Origin: Cryomorphaceae bacterium BACL11 MAG-121001-bin54
GTDB taxonomy: Bacteria > Bacteroidota > Bacteroidia > Flavobacteriales > BACL11
DNA length: 64,000 nt
Assembly: GCA_905182255.1 (NCBI GenBank)
Contig: CAJJAH010000002.1
Coordinates: 12,069 to 76,068, forward strand
Reading direction: 5' to 3'
Shown here one piece after another: positions 28,348-38,082 of this stretch. The position numbers and the translations under genes are program-made. Position 1 is the stretch's first letter. Every line of letters starts with the position of its first letter. The notes below the pieces were generated by a model. The model saw only the letters and a program-made list of their open reading frames with translations, made no database searches and had not been told where the DNA came from.

Positions 28348-30192
28348 CTAAATAGATTCAACAAAATCTAAAAATACTTTTTTATGGTGATCTAAGTCCA
28401 TGTTAGGAGAAAGTGCAACACGAGCAATATAATCTTTATCAACTTCTTTAGTGGTTCCTTGTGTAGATGTAGCGGGAATAGTCCAATAACAGCCGTTTAA
28501 CTGCCCATAACTTACGCAATACTTACTTTCATTAGGAATTTCGGTAATCATCAAATTAATTAATACATGATTTAACTTTCTTTTATATTCTTCTTTTTCT
28601 GTATCAGTAGTTCCTTTAGTAGGTAGGTCTAATGAAAATACTGATGGAGTAAATCCTTGTTGGGCCAATTCTTCTGAGACAAAATTGATTTTTGCTTCTG
28701 GTAGAGTTTTATTAATGAAATTTACAAATTCACGTGTATTCAGGTATGCATCACTAATTCTTTTATTCATAGATGGCATTTGCTTTGCCAAAAGCTCATA
28801 TTGTAGATTTGTTGCCTCATTATCGCAAAGTGTTAAGTGAAATTCTATTTTATCCATTAAGGATTCTGTTCTAGTATTTCCAACACAGTATCCAGCAGTA
28901 CATTTTCCACCACTAGGAAACTTAGATCCACTCACATACGAAATGGTTCTAACTTTTGACAATATTTCATCTTTACCTAAAAAGTGAACATTAGGACAAA
29001 AAGTTTGATCTAATATAAAAACAGGTTCTATAGCCAACTGTCCAGTTACTGTTCTGCGTTCTTGACTTAGCACTTTCTCTAATTGTATTAATTCAGGTAC
29101 TTCAACTCTTGGGTTGGTTGGAATTTCAGCAATGATATAAGGGACGCCATCTTCTTTAGCAATTTCATCTAAAACTACATTAATACTATTTACCATATCA
29201 TTACCACTATCTACTTGTAAATCTACAACTTCAACATTATCAATACAAGCAGCAACTCGTCTTGCTTGATCATTTGTTCCGCCATAACAATTTGGAGGTA
29301 CAATAAATCGGATAGCTCTCCCTTTATGATTTTCTAGAGCATGATGAATAAGTCCCATCATAATTGCATACTGAATAGATAGACCACTAGAACCTACTAC
29401 TGACTTTGTATTTGTTCCGGTAATATCTGCAATTGATTCTAAAACAAGATTTTTATTTGATTCATAATTACTTCTATTATTTTCAAAATTAGATTTATTT
29501 ATAATTGAATTTAAATTAGCAAGACAATTCACTGGTGTCATTGCAATAGTTTCTCTTCTGCGTACATGTTGAATTTCCGAAATATAATTTTTATTTTTAT
29601 CACCATTAATTAATAAAATACTTCCAAATTTTGACTGTATGTTAATAAAGAAGTCAATCTCAGGTTTAAGATAAATATTACTAATTTCATCTTGTTGTGA
29701 AATGAAAACGGTACTTCCATTAAACGCAGAAATATCTTCTACTTTCTCAACTTTTTTTAAATCAAATTTATATCCATAGATATTCTTTAGTACTTTAAAA
29801 TCAATAAACTTTGGCAACTCATCTGTAAAAACAATTTGGGTACTTTTATTAGCTAACAAATTTTTTCTTAGAATTGCCAAAATAGGAATTGTCTTTGATG
29901 AAAAACTTATTACATTTTTTGGTTTTATATTATTTATCTTAGCAATCACCCATTCTAATAAACAAGATAAAGGATGGCCTAATCGTATATAGTCGTAAGC
30001 AGTAGGCAGTTCATTTATTGCTAATGATTCAGAATTATTATTGTTAAATAAGATTTCAAACTTATCTAAGAATTGTGTTTTGGCTAATTTTTCATCAAAA
30101 ATATCTAGTCGATGGGTTGTCAGATTTAGCCAGCTTGATGGCATATTTTCTAATGTATCTTTAATAAAATTTAGCATTTTAATGTCTTTCAT
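28348..30192 (-). CDS. PLP-dependent Cys/Met-metabolism (cystathionine lyase-like) enzyme with long N-terminal extension
   Basis: SSGLS, NCYGGT, AEIPTNP, ILDQTF and SGSKFPSGG (PLP-lysine region) in the C-terminal ~370 aa. Confidence 0.7.
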   Translation of the reverse strand: MKDIKMLNFIKDTLENMPSSWLNLTTHRLDIFDEKLAKTQFLDKFEILFNNNNSESLAINELPTAYDYIRLGHPLSCLLEWVIAKINNIKPKNVISFSSKTIPILAILRKNLLANKSTQIVFTDELPKFIDFKVLKNIYGYKFDLKKVEKVEDISAFNGSTVFISQQDEISNIYLKPEIDFFINIQSKFGSILLINGDKNKNYISEIQHVRRRETIAMTPVNCLANLNSIINKSNFENNRSNYESNKNLVLESIADITGTNTKSVVGSSGLSIQYAIMMGLIHHALENHKGRAIRFIVPPNCYGGTNDQARRVAACIDNVEVVDLQVDSGNDMVNSINVVLDEIAKEDGVPYIIAEIPTNPRVEVPELIQLEKVLSQERRTVTGQLAIEPVFILDQTFCPNVHFLGKDEILSKVRTISYVSGSKFPSGGKCTAGYCVGNTRTESLMDKIEFHLTLCDNEATNLQYELLAKQMPSMNKRISDAYLNTREFVNFINKTLPEAKINFVSEELAQQGFTPSVFSLDLPTKGTTDTEKEEYKRKLNHVLINLMITEIPNESKYCVSYGQLNGCYWTIPATSTQGTTKEVDKDYIARVALSPNMDLDHHKKVFLDFVESI

Positions 30193-30220
30193 AATATCCT
30201 ATATAGGCTGGCAAAGTATA

Positions 30221-31711
30221 TTAATTAAAAATATCTTCTTTGCTTTTTGGTTGCTCAGCACCTCTCCATAAAAAACCTTTCAAGTAACGGTTTTTTTCAT
30301 CAATATCTTTATAAGGCGTAGTAGTAGATTTAGGTTTAACTTCATAGTTAACCTCTTTTAGTTTATTTTCATTAAAGTAGAGAATCAAGTCTGAGCTTTC
30401 GGAGTAATTAAGACCTATTTTATCTTCAGTTTTTTCATCTCTAATTAAAAATGTACTCTGCCCATTCCCATTTACATCAATACGACTCATAATATTATTT
30501 GAAAAATAAGCAGTCATTTCTTTACCTTTTATTTGGTTATAATCTAAAGAATCCTCTTTTAAAACAATCATAGGGTTAGGTTTTAAAAAGATACATGATA
30601 TTTCCCCCTTGTTTATCAAGAATTGTAAGCTATCAGCAGTTATTTGAAAGCCATCTGACCATAAAATAGGTTTGTTAAACATTTCAACTACAGAATCTTT
30701 AGAACTATAGCTTAAAGAATCGCATTTTCCTTGAAAGTCTGTTTTAAAGAATTTTACTTTATCGTATGCAAGTATTTTTTTTTCATCATCATTTTGATTA
30801 TAAACAAATTGCTTGGCATGCATAAATAAACTATCATCTTCAAAAATTAATTTCAGTATAGGAATTCCGCTAATAAGTATTTTTTCTTCTGCTTCAAAAT
30901 ACTCAGCAATTTCTCCATAGACAGTTATATTTTCTATTGTATCAATAAGTTGAACATTACTTAAAGCCTTGCCATATTGTAAATTCTTATTATAATATAG
31001 ACTATCTCCTTTCAATAAGTAATTTTTAGTTTTGATATAGGAGTTTTCTCTAAATTGGGCTATGTCAGTTTTTGTATTATACCAACCATTTTCACAATAA
31101 ATAGTTTTTTTATTAGAAATAATTAAAGATGGACCAAAAAAATAAGTTACCTCATTGTAAGTATTATAGTGCATATTATCAGTAAGTATCTTGTAATCCT
31201 CATTAGTAACAACAACTGAATCTTCAAAAATAAAACTGTGAATATTTGAATTATAAGCACCTTTTTTAGAATTAATTATTTTATCATTATCAGTAATATT
31301 TCCTTGTTTTGGGTAAGAGGCTATATTTGTACTTAAATTATAGAATACTTGTTTAGTTCTTAAGGTCATTTGCTTGTCAATTAGGATTACATCTCCCAAA
31401 ATATCTGCTTTGTTATCTAAACCAAAATAGGTAAGTGTTTTACCTGTAAGAGTAATGCTATCACCTTGGTTAATTTTAATATTACCAAAGGCTTCCATTT
31501 TATTTTCAGTAGTATAATGATAAGCAGAATCACAAGTCATTATAGCATTATTGTGTAAAAAGGAAACATTTCCAATTAATCTCCAATAATCTGGGTGAAT
31601 ATTAGAATTTGCATATGTTTTATCAGCATTTAAAATTTCTATTTTTTTATTTTCCTGAGCAATTAGGTTTGTACTCAATAATAATAGTAAAATATTAAAT
31701 ATAACTTTCAA
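30221..31711 (-). CDS. OstA-like (LptA/LptD N-terminal beta-jellyroll) protein
   Basis: L.GNV.F.H....M.CDSA; EAFGNIKINQGDS; CENGWYNT; QGKCDSL; L.GF.WR. Confidence 0.85.
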   Translation of the reverse strand: MKVIFNILLLLLSTNLIAQENKKIEILNADKTYANSNIHPDYWRLIGNVSFLHNNAIMTCDSAYHYTTENKMEAFGNIKINQGDSITLTGKTLTYFGLDNKADILGDVILIDKQMTLRTKQVFYNLSTNIASYPKQGNITDNDKIINSKKGAYNSNIHSFIFEDSVVVTNEDYKILTDNMHYNTYNEVTYFFGPSLIISNKKTIYCENGWYNTKTDIAQFRENSYIKTKNYLLKGDSLYYNKNLQYGKALSNVQLIDTIENITVYGEIAEYFEAEEKILISGIPILKLIFEDDSLFMHAKQFVYNQNDDEKKILAYDKVKFFKTDFQGKCDSLSYSSKDSVVEMFNKPILWSDGFQITADSLQFLINKGEISCIFLKPNPMIVLKEDSLDYNQIKGKEMTAYFSNNIMSRIDVNGNGQSTFLIRDEKTEDKIGLNYSESSDLILYFNENKLKEVNYEVKPKSTTTPYKDIDEKNRYLKGFLWRGAEQPKSKEDIFN

Positions 31712-31713
31712 AG

Positions 31714-32976
31714 TTATCTGTAAAGAGTTTGATTTCTATCAGGACCAACTGATACAATTGTAATAGGAGTTTCTAACACTTCTTCTAACCATGATATATA
31801 TTCATGTACTTCTTTTGGAGCAAGCGATAAATTTTTTAATTGCATTAAGTCCATTTTCCATCCTTTAAGGTCTTTGTAAATGGGAATAAGATCTTCATTA
31901 TCCTCAAAAGGCAAATAGTCAATTTTTACACCATTTAATTCATAATGTGTACAGGCTTTAATAGTATCAATTCCAGATAATACATCAGCTTTCATCATCA
32001 TTAATTGAGTAACACCGTTAATGTTAATTGCATATTTTAAAGCAGGAATATCAATCCAACCACATCTTCTTGCACGACCTGTAGTTGACCCAAATTCATT
32101 TCCAACTTTTGCTAATTGATCTCCGACTTTATCAAATAGCTCTGAAGGAAAAGGTCCACTACCAACTCTTGTACAGTAAGCTTTAAAAATTCCAAATACT
32201 TCTCCAATTTTATTTGGAGCAATTCCTAAACCCGTACAAGCTCCTGCAGTGATTGTGTTAGAAGAGGTAACAAAAGGATATGAACCAAAATCTATATCTA
32301 ATAATGCACCTTGAGCTCCTTCTGCTAATATCTTTTTATTATTTTTTAAAGCATTATGTATATAATGTTCACTTTCAATATGAGCAAAACTTTTTAAAGT
32401 TTCTAATGAGTCAAACCAAGCTTTTTCTAGTTTTTCTAATTCATATTCAAAATCGAAGAAATTAAGCAACTGAATATGCTTTTGTTTTAGTTTTTCATAT
32501 CTTTTTTTAAAATCAATAGCAGAAATATCACCAACTCTAAGTCCGTTACGTCCCGTCTTATCCATGTAAGTTGGGCCAATTCCTTTTAAAGTAGAACCAA
32601 TTTTTTCTTTTCCTTTTGCCTTTTCACTTGCAGCATCTAATAATTTGTGTGTAGGAAGTATAAGATGTGCCTTTTTAGAAATTAACAACTCAGACATTGG
32701 AATATTAAGGGCTTTAATATCAATTATTTCTCTTTCAAAAATAACAGGATCAATTACAACACCATTTCCAATTAAGTTGATAACACCAGGGTGAAAAATA
32801 CCTGAAGGAATAGTGTGTAATACATGTTTTATTCCATTAAACTCAAGAGTGTGACCAGCATTTGGCCCACCTTGAAAGCGTGCAATTATATCATATTTTG
32901 ATGTTAATACATCAACAATTTTTCCTTTTCCCTCATCCCCCCACTGGAGTCCTAATAAAACATCTGCTTTCATCAA
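31714..32976 (-). CDS. purA: Adenylosuccinate synthetase
   Basis: GLQWGDEGKGK, RFQGGPNAGHT, EFGSTTGRARRCGW, SVGPDR. Confidence 0.98.
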   Translation of the reverse strand: MMKADVLLGLQWGDEGKGKIVDVLTSKYDIIARFQGGPNAGHTLEFNGIKHVLHTIPSGIFHPGVINLIGNGVVIDPVIFEREIIDIKALNIPMSELLISKKAHLILPTHKLLDAASEKAKGKEKIGSTLKGIGPTYMDKTGRNGLRVGDISAIDFKKRYEKLKQKHIQLLNFFDFEYELEKLEKAWFDSLETLKSFAHIESEHYIHNALKNNKKILAEGAQGALLDIDFGSYPFVTSSNTITAGACTGLGIAPNKIGEVFGIFKAYCTRVGSGPFPSELFDKVGDQLAKVGNEFGSTTGRARRCGWIDIPALKYAININGVTQLMMMKADVLSGIDTIKACTHYELNGVKIDYLPFEDNEDLIPIYKDLKGWKMDLMQLKNLSLAPKEVHEYISWLEEVLETPITIVSVGPDRNQTLYR

Positions 32977-32990
32977 TTATTTTGAAATTA

Positions 32991-33449
32991 CTAGTTATTT
33001 AACTTAATTTGACAATCTTGACACAGGCCATATAAATTCAGAGCATGTCTACTTATTTTAAAACTCATGACTTCTTCAATTACATTTTTAATTCCTTGTA
33101 TTCTTGGATCACAAAACTCAATTACCTTATCGCAGCTTGTACATATTAAGTGATCGTGCTGACGGTTAGAATATGATTTTTCGTATTGCGCTTGTGCCTT
33201 GCCAAACTGGTGCTTTCTAATCAAATGACAATCTAGTAAAATTACTACTGTGTTATAAAGAGTGGCTCGACTAACACGGTATTTTTTGTTTTTCATTTGA
33301 ATATACATTGATTCAATATCAAAATGACCTTCAAAATCGTAAATTTCTTTTAAAATTGCATAGCGCTCAGGAGTTTTCCTTTGCTTATTAACATTTAGAT
33401 ATTCTGTAAATATCTCAGAAACAGTTTCAATTATTTTTTTGTCTGACAC
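32991..33449 (-). CDS. fur: Fur family transcriptional regulator
   Basis: RKTPER, VSRATLYNT, HDHLIC..C, LYGLC..C. The likely start is GTG 33449, because the listed TTG start overlaps a TATTTTTG promoter (33468-33475). Confidence 0.9.
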   Translation of the reverse strand: MSDKKIIETVSEIFTEYLNVNKQRKTPERYAILKEIYDFEGHFDIESMYIQMKNKKYRVSRATLYNTVVILLDCHLIRKHQFGKAQAQYEKSYSNRQHDHLICTSCDKVIEFCDPRIQGIKNVIEEVMSFKISRHALNLYGLCQDCQIKLNN

Positions 33450-33525
33450 AATATTTATATTAAAAAACAAAAATATAAAAAATTGGTATTTAGTAAAGGT
33501 AAATACTTAATAATGATTAATAAAT

Positions 33526-35727
33526 TTAGCTGTGTTTATAAGTTCGAGTAATTGAAGTGATCGCTTCAACTTTTTGAAGTTTTGTTGTAAGTTCTTTTAA
33601 GAACGCTACATTATGTACTTTTAAGGTTATAATTCCTTCAAATACGCCATCATCACTTGTTATATTTATTGATTTTATATTTACATTCATTTGATTAGAT
33701 ATGATCTGAGTGACTTTGTTCATAAGGCCTAAACTGTCTATTCCTTTTATGCTTATTGTAGCAATGAAGTCAATCTCATCTTTATTAACCCAATTGGACT
33801 TTAAAATTCGGTAAGCGTAGTTTGCCCTTAACTGAATTGCATTTGGACAATCAGACCTATGAATTTTTATGCCATCAACAACTGTTAGAAAGCCAAATAT
33901 AGTATCCCCAGGAATTGGATTGCAGCACTTAGCCATACCATAGTCTAATACTTGATCATTATCATTAAAAACAATCAGTTTTCTATCATCTTTAACTTTC
34001 GTTAGAAAAACTGGAGGACCGTAGATCTTGTTTTTAATTGTTTGATACCATCCTCTATTTTTAAGTTTAGAAAATTGTTTTATTTCAGTATTAGAGATTG
34101 CTCCAGTACCAAACCTAAAGTATAATTCTAAAGATGTGCCAGCATTAAAGTGTTTTATAAGCTCAGTTTCTGTTTGCTTAGAAAATTTAATTTTTAAGTG
34201 TCTTAATTTGCGCTCTGCTATTTCTTTTCCAATTTTAGAAATTCTTTTTTTATCTTCTTTTAAGGCTGATTTTATTTTTGACTTTGCTCTAGATGTGATG
34301 ACAAATCTAAGCCAATCTTTTCGTGGTCTTTGTTTAACTGATGTGATTACTTCTACTTGATTTCCACTATTTAATTGATGACTTAACGAAACTAGTTTAC
34401 TATTTACTTTTACACCCATACATTTTAAACCTACATCTGTATGTATTGAAAAAGCAAAATCAAGAGCTGTAGCTCCTTTGGGTAAAGTTTTTAAGTCACC
34501 TCCAGGAGTAAATACATATATCTCACCAGAATATAAATTTAATTTAAAATCATCAATAAAATCAATAGCATTAGTTTCAGGATTTTCTAAAAGTTCACGT
34601 ATGTTATCAATCCATACGTCTAAAGAATTCTCCTTACTTCCCTCTTGTTTGTATTTCCAATGTGCAGCATATCCTTTTTCTGCAATCTCATCCATTCTTC
34701 TACTTCTTATTTGTACCTCAACCCATTTTCCATCATCTCCCATTACAGTAGTATGTAAAGATTCGTATCCATTGGCTTTAGAAGTAGAGATCCAATCTCT
34801 TAATCGATCAGGATTTGGCTTATAAAAATCAGTAACAATGGAATAGACTTTCCAGCAATCCGATTTTTCATTTTCGTTAGTCGAATCTACTATAACTCGA
34901 ATTGCAAATTTGTCAAATACATTATCAAAATTAACACCTTTACTTACTATTTTATTTCGTATTGAAAAAATAGACTTAGGCCTTCCTTTAATTGAAAAAT
35001 CTAAGTTATTCTCTTTTAATTTATTTCTAATAGGTCGGCAGAATTTTCCAATATACTTTGTTCTTTCTTCTTTTGATTCATTTAAGCTTACAGCAATTGC
35101 CTTATAAACTTCTGGTTTAGTAAATTTTAGTCCTAAATCCTCCATTTCAGTTTTAATAGAATATAGTCCTAATCTGTGAGCTAATGGTGCATAAAGATAA
35201 AGAGTTTCAGATGCTATTTTTAGCTGCTTTGCTTTAGTCATAGCATCTAAAGTCCTCATATTGTGTAGCCTATCAGCTAGCTTTATCAATATGACTCTAA
35301 CATCATCTGACAGTGTAAGAAGCATCTTTCTAAAATTTTCAGCTTGCATTGATACATTTTTATCAAATACGTCCTGAATTTTAGTTAATCCATCAATTAT
35401 TTTAGAAACTTTTTTGCCAAATAATTTTTCTATATCATTTAAAGTATAATTAGTATCTTCTACAACATCATGTAAAAGTGCACATATAATTGAAGTAGTT
35501 CCAAGACCAATTTCTTTTGCTGCAATATGTGCAACAGCAATAGGGTGATAAATATAAGGTTCTCCAGATTTTCTGCGCATATTTTTGTGCGCTTCAACCG
35601 CCAGATTAAATGCTGCTCTTATTTCTTTCTTATCTTGCTTGTTTGTCTTGTCTGCACATGCACGCAAAAGTGATTTATACTTATTAAGTATTTCCTTTTT
35701 TTCCTTTTCAAAATCAATTGGATGCAT
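33526..35727 (-). CDS. relA: Bifunctional (p)ppGpp synthetase/hydrolase (long RSH)
   Basis: Intact hydrolase motifs RKSGEPY..HP and LHDVVEDT; synthetase motifs RPKS and EVQIR; TGS and ACT domains. Confidence 0.95.
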   Translation of the reverse strand: MHPIDFEKEKKEILNKYKSLLRACADKTNKQDKKEIRAAFNLAVEAHKNMRRKSGEPYIYHPIAVAHIAAKEIGLGTTSIICALLHDVVEDTNYTLNDIEKLFGKKVSKIIDGLTKIQDVFDKNVSMQAENFRKMLLTLSDDVRVILIKLADRLHNMRTLDAMTKAKQLKIASETLYLYAPLAHRLGLYSIKTEMEDLGLKFTKPEVYKAIAVSLNESKEERTKYIGKFCRPIRNKLKENNLDFSIKGRPKSIFSIRNKIVSKGVNFDNVFDKFAIRVIVDSTNENEKSDCWKVYSIVTDFYKPNPDRLRDWISTSKANGYESLHTTVMGDDGKWVEVQIRSRRMDEIAEKGYAAHWKYKQEGSKENSLDVWIDNIRELLENPETNAIDFIDDFKLNLYSGEIYVFTPGGDLKTLPKGATALDFAFSIHTDVGLKCMGVKVNSKLVSLSHQLNSGNQVEVITSVKQRPRKDWLRFVITSRAKSKIKSALKEDKKRISKIGKEIAERKLRHLKIKFSKQTETELIKHFNAGTSLELYFRFGTGAISNTEIKQFSKLKNRGWYQTIKNKIYGPPVFLTKVKDDRKLIVFNDNDQVLDYGMAKCCNPIPGDTIFGFLTVVDGIKIHRSDCPNAIQLRANYAYRILKSNWVNKDEIDFIATISIKGIDSLGLMNKVTQIISNQMNVNIKSINITSDDGVFEGIITLKVHNVAFLKELTTKLQKVEAITSITRTYKHS

Positions 35728-35734
35728 GATATAA

Positions 35735-37006
35735 TTAAGCGAAAATAGGGTATTTATTCATTAGCTCATTTACTGATTTTTTAACTTCAGTAATTACAAT
35801 ATTATCTTCATAGTTCATAATTACTTTGTCAATTAGCTCTACTATGTAAGGAATTGTTTCTTCATTCACTCCTCTAGTAGTTATTGCAGGAGTTCCTACT
35901 CTAATTCCTGAAGTTATAAATGGAGATTGAGTGTCAAAAGGAACCATATTTTTATTTGCAGTAATGTCAGCAAGAACTAAAGCATTTTCCGCATCTTTTC
36001 CTGTTATATTTTTATTTCTTAAATCAATAAGCATACAATGATTTTCAGTTCCTCCTGAAATAATTTTATAATCTCTTTTTATAAATTCCTCAGCCATTAG
36101 TTTAGCATTCTTTAAAACTTGTTTGCTATAAATTTTAAACTCTGGTTTTAAAGCTTCACCAAAAGCAATAGCTTTAGCAGCAATTACATGTTCTAACGGA
36201 CCACCTTGTGATCCTGGAAATACTCCTGAATTTAGAATTGCAGACATCATTCTAGTCTTTCCTTTAGGTGTTTTTAATCCCCACGGGTTTTCAAAATCTT
36301 TACCCATCATTATCATTCCTCCTCTTGGACCTCTTAAGGTTTTATGAGTTGTTGTAGTTAAAATATGACAATGTGGTGCAGGGTTATTAAGTAATTTAGC
36401 AGCAATTAGTCCAGAAGGATGTGCAATATCACCCATTAATATAGCTCCTACTTTATCAGCAATATCTCTAAAACGAGCATAATCCCAATCTTGAGAATAA
36501 GCTGAACCTCCACAAATAATTAACTTGGGTTTTTCAATAATAGCAATTTCTTCTAATTTGTTATAATCTACCTTACCAGTTGACTTCTCAACATTATAAA
36601 AAGAAGTAGTGTAAAGTTTACCTGAAAAATTAACAGGTGATCCATGAGTTAAATGTCCTCCATGAGAGAGGTTAAATCCTAATATTTTATCGCCGGCATT
36701 TAAACAAGCTAAAAATACAGCAGAATTAGCTTGAGATCCTGAATGAGGTTGCACATTTGCATACTCAACTCCAAATAATTCCTTAGCTCTATCAATAGCT
36801 AATTGCTCAACTTTATCTACCACTTCACATCCTCCATAATACCTTTTACCTGGATATCCTTCAGCATATTTATTGGTTAAACATGAGCCGAGAGCTTGCA
36901 TTACCTCATCACTAACAAAGTTTTCTGAAGCAATTAATTCAATACCATTTCTTTGCCTTTTATCTTCTTTTTTAATTAAATCAAAAATTATTTGATCATT
37001 TTTCAT
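35735..37006 (-). CDS. glyA: Serine hydroxymethyltransferase
   Basis: [36 protein letters not shown]. Confidence 0.98.
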   Translation of the reverse strand: MKNDQIIFDLIKKEDKRQRNGIELIASENFVSDEVMQALGSCLTNKYAEGYPGKRYYGGCEVVDKVEQLAIDRAKELFGVEYANVQPHSGSQANSAVFLACLNAGDKILGFNLSHGGHLTHGSPVNFSGKLYTTSFYNVEKSTGKVDYNKLEEIAIIEKPKLIICGGSAYSQDWDYARFRDIADKVGAILMGDIAHPSGLIAAKLLNNPAPHCHILTTTTHKTLRGPRGGMIMMGKDFENPWGLKTPKGKTRMMSAILNSGVFPGSQGGPLEHVIAAKAIAFGEALKPEFKIYSKQVLKNAKLMAEEFIKRDYKIISGGTENHCMLIDLRNKNITGKDAENALVLADITANKNMVPFDTQSPFITSGIRVGTPAITTRGVNEETIPYIVELIDKVIMNYEDNIVITEVKKSVNELMNKYPIFA

Positions 37007-37060
37007 CTGATAATTTATTTAAATTTATATTTTCGTGAACGCAACAAATGTATATATTTT

Positions 37061-38014
37061 ATGAATAGAATAAACGAACTTTTCGGAATAAAATACCCAA
37101 TCATTCAAGGTGGAATGATATGGTGTAGTGGTTGGGAATTGGCCTCTGCTGTAAGTAATGCAGGGGGATTAGGTATAATTGGTTCAGGATCAATGTATCC
37201 AGATGTATTAAGGTTGCAGATTAGAAAATGCAAACAAATGACAGATAAACCTTTTGGTGTAAACATTCCACTTTTATATCCTGATATTGAAGAGCATGTA
37301 AAAATAATAATAGAAGAAGGAGTTAAATTCATATTTACTTCAGCAGGTAATCCAAAGAAATATACTTCAAGATTGCAAAAACATGGAATTAAAGTTGTGC
37401 ATGTTATTGCAAATAAGAAATTTGCATTAAAATCTATTGAAGCTGGGGTAGATGCAATTGTTGCTGAAGGATTTGAAGCTGGAGGACATAATGGAGTTGA
37501 AGAAATTACCACAATGTGTCTGATACCTATGATTAAAGATATAGTTAATATACCAATAATAGCAGCTGGAGGAATATCTAGTGGTAGAGCTATGTTAGCT
37601 GCAATTGCACTTGGAGCTGATGCCGTGCAGATAGGAAGTAGATTTATAGCATCTAATGAGTGTTCTGCTCATATTAATTTTAAAAATAAAGTTGTTAATT
37701 CTGATGAAGGGGAGACAGATTTAACCTTAAAAGAACTAACAGCAGTTCGATTAATGAAAAATAAATTTTATTATCAAATACAAGACGCATATGCTAAAAA
37801 TGCAAGTAAAGATGATTTGAGGTTATTGTTAGGAAGAGGAAGAGCTAAAAAAGGTATGTTTGAGGGAGATTTGGAAGAAGGTGAATTAGAAGTTGGGCAA
37901 GTTTCAGCAATGATAAATAAAATTATTTCTGTTGAAGAGATTATAAAAGAAATTACTGAAGAATATGAGTTAGAGAGAAAAAATATAGTTTCTTTAAAAG
38001 ATTTAGGTCTATAA
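37061..38014 (+). CDS. Nitronate monooxygenase / FabK-like flavin oxidoreductase
   Basis: YPIIQGGM, EGFEAGGH, IAAGGI, GSRF. Likely start MNRINELF at 37061. Confidence 0.9.
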   Translation: MNRINELFGIKYPIIQGGMIWCSGWELASAVSNAGGLGIIGSGSMYPDVLRLQIRKCKQMTDKPFGVNIPLLYPDIEEHVKIIIEEGVKFIFTSAGNPKKYTSRLQKHGIKVVHVIANKKFALKSIEAGVDAIVAEGFEAGGHNGVEEITTMCLIPMIKDIVNIPIIAAGGISSGRAMLAAIALGADAVQIGSRFIASNECSAHINFKNKVVNSDEGETDLTLKELTAVRLMKNKFYYQIQDAYAKNASKDDLRLLLGRGRAKKGMFEGDLEEGELEVGQVSAMINKIISVEEIIKEITEEYELERKNIVSLKDLGL

Positions 38015-38082
38015 GATATTAATATTTAAAAATCATTTCCAAAATTTATTTTTTGTAAATTTGTAGATAAATATTTAACTTT

